Assembly: GCA_944358115.1 (NCBI GenBank) | Contig: CALVQH010000003.1 | Coordinates: forward strand, 1-46,983 | Reading direction: 5' to 3' | Length of the DNA stretch: 46,983 nt | From: an uncultured Bacilli bacterium | GTDB taxonomy: Bacteria > Bacillota_I > Bacilli_A > RF39 > UBA660 | In this document: one piece after another, positions 43,387-46,983 of the stretch | How the letters are laid out: each line of letters begins with the position of its first letter | How positions within the stretch are numbered: position 1 is the first letter of the stretch | Notes under the pieces: model-generated | Database searches by the model: none | The model's input: the letters and a program-made list of their open reading frames with translations, nothing else | Told to the model about the DNA's origin: nothing | Position numbers and translations under genes: made by a program

Positions 43387-43422
43387 AGTTGCCGAGAATT
43401 CCTCGGCAACTGTTTCTATTTT
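43387..43422 (+). terminator. strong plus-strand intrinsic terminator (XRE transcript or an independent short transcript)
   Basis: 10-bp GC-rich stem agttgccgag-aattc-ctcggcaact, followed by gtttctatttt. Confidence 0.55.
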
Positions 43423-43445
43423 GGAAACAATTGAATTTAAGTTAC

Positions 43446-43475
43446 TAAAAAAACTTCTCGTTAATTTTGAGAAGT
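43446..43475 (-). terminator. intrinsic terminator of nifJ
   Basis: acttctc-(9 nt)-gagaagt hairpin spanning the stop codon; ttttttt on the minus strand. Confidence 0.55.
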
Positions 43476-46400
43476 ATTTTTTTCACTTAATTCTTTATAG
43501 TAAGCATATCTTTTTTTGGCATTTTCTATTTGTTTTGATAATAGTTCATCGGCTAAATCTTTATCTTTTATTTTTAGAGAATTATATCTAACCTCGTTAT
43601 CCAAAAATTTTTCGTAATCATCAAAGTTTGGTTCTTTGTTATCCATGTATAATTTTTCTTCTTCTGGATTATAACGCATAAGTAGTGTGTATCCTACTTC
43701 ACTAGCAAGTTTTTCCTCTTCAATGGAATGTGACATACCCGTTTTAATGCCTTGTTCAATACATGGTGAGTAAGCGATGATGATTGCTGGCCCATTATGT
43801 TCCATGGCTTCTTTCATAACTTTAATCGAATGCATCATGTTGGCACCCAGACTAATACTTGCCACATAACAATTTGGGTAAGCCATGGAGATTCTAAATA
43901 AATCTTTTTTCGCTGTTTTCTTACCAAAGTCAGCAAACTCAGCAACAGCTCCTAATTTACTAGCTTTACTAGTTTGACCACCGGTATTTGAGTAAACCTC
44001 AGTATCAAGCACTAATACTTTGATGTTCTCACCAGTAGATAAGACATGATCTAGGCCGCCAAAACCAATATCATAAGCCCATCCGTCTCCACCTATTGCT
44101 AGTACCGTTCTTGCTGGAACATAATTTAATAAACTCTTTAGTTTCTCTGGTATTTCCATATTCGATAATTTATTTTTGATATCCATGGTTATTTTAAAGT
44201 CATTCATGTTATTGATAAATGTTGTAAACAATTCTTTTAATTCACTATTTACATGATCCATTTCACTTTCCATAATCTTTTTAATTAAATTTCTTTTACT
44301 TTGGAAAGATAAATGCATTCCTAAAGCAAATTCGGCATTATCTTCAAATAAAGAGTTAGCCCATGGAATCGTGTATGGTGTTGTTGGAACGGAACCGCCA
44401 TAAATACTAGAACAACCGGTTGCATTGGCAATCACAAGTTCATCACCAAATAGTCTTGTAATTAAATTAATATATGGGGTTTCACCACATCCCGCACAAG
44501 CTCCACTAAATTCAAATCGAGGTTTACATAAAGATGCTCCCGGAACAGTAAATTTATTTAGTACTTCAGGATTTTCATAATTATTAAAGTATTCATTGGC
44601 TTTTCTTTGATTTTCTAGATCAACTGGACCAAATTCTAAAGCTTTTTTGCCATTTTTACCAGGACATTCTTCAATACATAAACCACATTCTGTACAATCT
44701 ACTTCACTTACTAATACTTGATAAGTGTATTCTTTATTCGCTAATAAGGGAATTCCGTTTTCATCTTTCGTTACAAAAGTTCTAATAACGGCATGAGGAC
44801 ACACAAAACTACAACGACCACATTCGATACAGTTTTCTTTGATCCATTTAGGAGCAAAACTGTTAACATGTCTTTTTTCTAGTTTACTTAAGCCATCAGG
44901 GAAAGTTCCTGTTTTTAGGGAAGCTACTTCACTAACTGTTAATTCATCCCCTCTTCGACGATTAATTTTACTAAATACATCTAATTCTTCTTCTTTCTTT
45001 AAAGCATTTTGACTAGTTAATTTGATTTCTTTTAGATTTTTTATTGCTTCTTTAATAGCTAGGATATTACTATCAACTATATTTTTTCCCTTAGTTCTAA
45101 AACTATGTTCAATACTTTTTTCTAGTAATTGTTCAGCATTTGGGATTTCTAATTTATGCAAGACTATCATTTCAATAATTTTACTAATTTTTCCTCTAAT
45201 ACCACAATCAGCGGCAATCTTGGAAGCATCAATCGTAAATACTTTAACATTTCTACGATTAATTGTCTCAATATCTTCTAAACATAATAGATTACTTATT
45301 TCTTCTTCAGTTTTATTGGTATTAATTATAATGGTTCCATTTATAGTAATATGATCAATCATATTAAATTTTTTAAAATATTCATCTTTCGTTACAACAA
45401 TTAAACTAGGACTTTCTACATAAAAAGGAGCATTTATTTTTTCTTTGCTAATTCTTAAATTACTTACGGTAACGCCTCCACTTTTTTTTGAATCATAAGA
45501 GAAGTATCCATTAACTTGATATCCTTCCCCACCCATGATTTTTAAAATATCTTTGGAAGCACTTACACAACCATCAGAACCATATCCATAAATTAAAAAT
45601 TCTTGCGCATTTAATTTTATTTTATATTCTTCTTTTGGCAAGCTGGTATGCGTTAAATCATCAGTGATACCAATTGTAAAGTTATTCTTTGGTTCCTGTT
45701 CTAGCATGGTAAAGACGCTTTTGATATCAGCTGGGGTTGTATTTTTACTAGATAAGCCAAATCTTCCGCCAACAATATTTATTTCTTTATCTTTTAAGGC
45801 ATTTACAATATCTAAATAAAGAGGTTCTCCAGTTGAACCTGCTTCTTTGGTTCGATCTAAAACAGCAATATTCTTAACCGTACTTGGCAAAACGTCAAGT
45901 AAATATTTCGTGCTAAAAGGACGATATAAATGAACTGTTATTAGTCCCACTTTTTTACCATTTTTTCTTTCTTCATCAATGACAAGTTTGATGGTATCCG
46001 TGATACTTCCCATAGCAATAATGATATCTTGCGCAGCAGGATCTCCATAATAAGTAAATGGTTTATAGTCGGTACCCATGATGTTATTAATACTTGCCAT
46101 ATATTTATTTACAATATCGGGAAGTATTTCATAATTTGGATTTCTAGCTTCTTGCGTTTGAAAGAAGATATCCTCATTCATAGACATTCCTTTTTGGATA
46201 CCAGCACCTACATTTAAAGATCTATTTTTAAATTCGCCAATTTTATTCCAAGGAATTAATTTTTTTAACTCTTCTTCTGGTAATTCTTTAATACTACTAA
46301 TTTCATGACTTGTTCTAAATCCATCAAAAAAATGTAAGAAAGGAATGCTTCCTTCGATCGCTGATAAATGAGCAACGGCAGCAAGATTCTGGGCATCATA

Positions 46401-46823
46401 GACATTCGATGAAGCAAGAATCGCAAAGCCTGTTGGACGAGTAGCATAAATATCACTATGGTCACCAAAAATAGATAAAGCATTTGTTGCAACTGTTCTA
46501 GCTGCTACATGAATGACTCCAGGTAACATTTCCCCTGCTATTTTATACATGTTAGGAATCATTAATAGTAATCCTTGAGATGCAGTAAAGGTTGAAGCAA
46601 GAGAACCACTAATTAGCGCACCATGAAAAGCACCAGCAGCCCCAGCTTCACTTTGCATTTCCACTAATTTTACATGAGAGCCAAATAAATTTAGCTTATC
46701 ATGACTTAAAGAATCAATGTTTGATGCCATGGGACTAGATGGCGTAATTGGATAAATACTAGATATTTCACTAAAAAAGTAAGCAATATCACTACATGCT
46801 TTATTTCCGTCACATATTTTCAT
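43461..46823 (-). CDS. nifJ: pyruvate:ferredoxin (flavodoxin) oxidoreductase
   Basis: N-terminal DGNKACSDIAYFFSEISSIYPITPSSPM. Two 4Fe-4S motifs CIECGRCSFVCPHA and CTECGLCIEECP. TPP motif GGDGWAYDIGFGGLDHV. Start preferred at ATG 46823 (SD aggtga, 8-nt spacer). Confidence 0.95.
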   Translation of the reverse strand: MKICDGNKACSDIAYFFSEISSIYPITPSSPMASNIDSLSHDKLNLFGSHVKLVEMQSEAGAAGAFHGALISGSLASTFTASQGLLLMIPNMYKIAGEMLPGVIHVAARTVATNALSIFGDHSDIYATRPTGFAILASSNVYDAQNLAAVAHLSAIEGSIPFLHFFDGFRTSHEISSIKELPEEELKKLIPWNKIGEFKNRSLNVGAGIQKGMSMNEDIFFQTQEARNPNYEILPDIVNKYMASINNIMGTDYKPFTYYGDPAAQDIIIAMGSITDTIKLVIDEERKNGKKVGLITVHLYRPFSTKYLLDVLPSTVKNIAVLDRTKEAGSTGEPLYLDIVNALKDKEINIVGGRFGLSSKNTTPADIKSVFTMLEQEPKNNFTIGITDDLTHTSLPKEEYKIKLNAQEFLIYGYGSDGCVSASKDILKIMGGEGYQVNGYFSYDSKKSGGVTVSNLRISKEKINAPFYVESPSLIVVTKDEYFKKFNMIDHITINGTIIINTNKTEEEISNLLCLEDIETINRRNVKVFTIDASKIAADCGIRGKISKIIEMIVLHKLEIPNAEQLLEKSIEHSFRTKGKNIVDSNILAIKEAIKNLKEIKLTSQNALKKEEELDVFSKINRRRGDELTVSEVASLKTGTFPDGLSKLEKRHVNSFAPKWIKENCIECGRCSFVCPHAVIRTFVTKDENGIPLLANKEYTYQVLVSEVDCTECGLCIEECPGKNGKKALEFGPVDLENQRKANEYFNNYENPEVLNKFTVPGASLCKPRFEFSGACAGCGETPYINLITRLFGDELVIANATGCSSIYGGSVPTTPYTIPWANSLFEDNAEFALGMHLSFQSKRNLIKKIMESEMDHVNSELKELFTTFINNMNDFKITMDIKNKLSNMEIPEKLKSLLNYVPARTVLAIGGDGWAYDIGFGGLDHVLSTGENIKVLVLDTEVYSNTGGQTSKASKLGAVAEFADFGKKTAKKDLFRISMAYPNCYVASISLGANMMHSIKVMKEAMEHNGPAIIIAYSPCIEQGIKTGMSHSIEEEKLASEVGYTLLMRYNPEEEKLYMDNKEPNFDDYEKFLDNEVRYNSLKIKDKDLADELLSKQIENAKKRYAYYKELSEKNTSQN

Positions 46824-46842
46824 TTTTATTATCACCTATTTT

Positions 46843-46871
46843 ATTATAGCATGGATTAGAATGATTGTCAT
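46843..46871 (-). promoter_or_regulatory. possible promoter of nifJ (very short leader)
   Basis: Minus strand ATGACA - 17 nt - TATAAT with TGc extended -10. The predicted start site falls almost on the SD, so this is uncertain. Confidence 0.3.
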
Positions 46872-46983
46872 GAATTTTAAAATAACTATTTCGTCAAATT
46901 TTGTTTAGTTGAGTTGCAAAAGTAAATTCCACCCTAATTTTTAAAACTGTAGAAGTTACTTCTTCAAAATAAAACATAGAAAT

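Noticed and set aside
43364-43591. 75-aa plus-strand ORF spanning the nifJ terminator region and the nifJ 3' end.
   Set aside because: It crosses two terminator hairpins, overlaps nifJ antisense, has no SD and has a Phe/Leu-rich composition.
1-46983. CRISPR arrays, rRNA/tRNA genes, IS elements, and long tandem or inverted repeats.
   Set aside because: A visual scan of all intergenic regions longer than 40 nt found only single hairpins and short operators. No repeat-spacer periodicity, tRNA cloverleaf signatures (GTTCRA T-loop context) or transposase-like ORFs were seen.

Overview
A 46,983-bp, very AT-rich (about 30% GC by eye, not computed) chromosomal segment of a low-GC Bacillota anaerobe. 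It looks like a spore-former or a descendant of one, because spoVID/ysxE-like, CotS-like and yutD-like genes are present. About 40 of roughly 46 genes are on the minus strand.

Recognisable core genes:
- Translation and tRNA/rRNA modification: rpmB, rlmD-like, thiI with its cysteine desulfurase partner, queH.
- Metabolism: a family-I CoA-transferase, pyruvate:ferredoxin oxidoreductase (nifJ).
- Cell envelope: an acyltransferase-3 membrane protein, a PdaC-like deacetylase, a GT4 plus ATP-grasp pair, a transglutaminase-like exoprotein, a DUF2207-type membrane protein.
- Transport and regulation: a YtrA-type GntR plus ABC-2 exporter module, a truncated Rel/SpoT homologue.
- Cell division: a split division cluster (murG-murB-divIB, and ftsA-ftsZ).
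- DNA repair and uptake: ogt, a ComGA/PilB-like ATPase, a compact UvrD-like helicase.

I saw no rRNA, tRNA, CRISPR array, transposase or integrase.

Observations most worth follow-up:
1. A tight four-gene operon at 12979-15435. It holds two divergent HAM1/ITPase-like paralogues, a UDG-fold glycosylase with an Asn-type motif, and an unknown 145-aa protein. It lies next to a frameshifted ORF6N-plus-PLD-like gene. The block is bracketed by two paralogous small membrane proteins and abuts ogt.
2. A free-standing candidate sRNA of about 104 nt, with a consensus promoter and a strong intrinsic terminator (40948-41086).
3. A promoter, SD/ATG, alternative hairpins and a terminator in the 405-nt gap upstream of murG (29012-29128).
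4. A gene for a large exoprotein with a SipW-type (TasA-like) signal peptide. It is transcribed divergently from a small XRE regulator and has no sipW nearby.

All functional calls come from motifs I read in the supplied translations. No database search was run.
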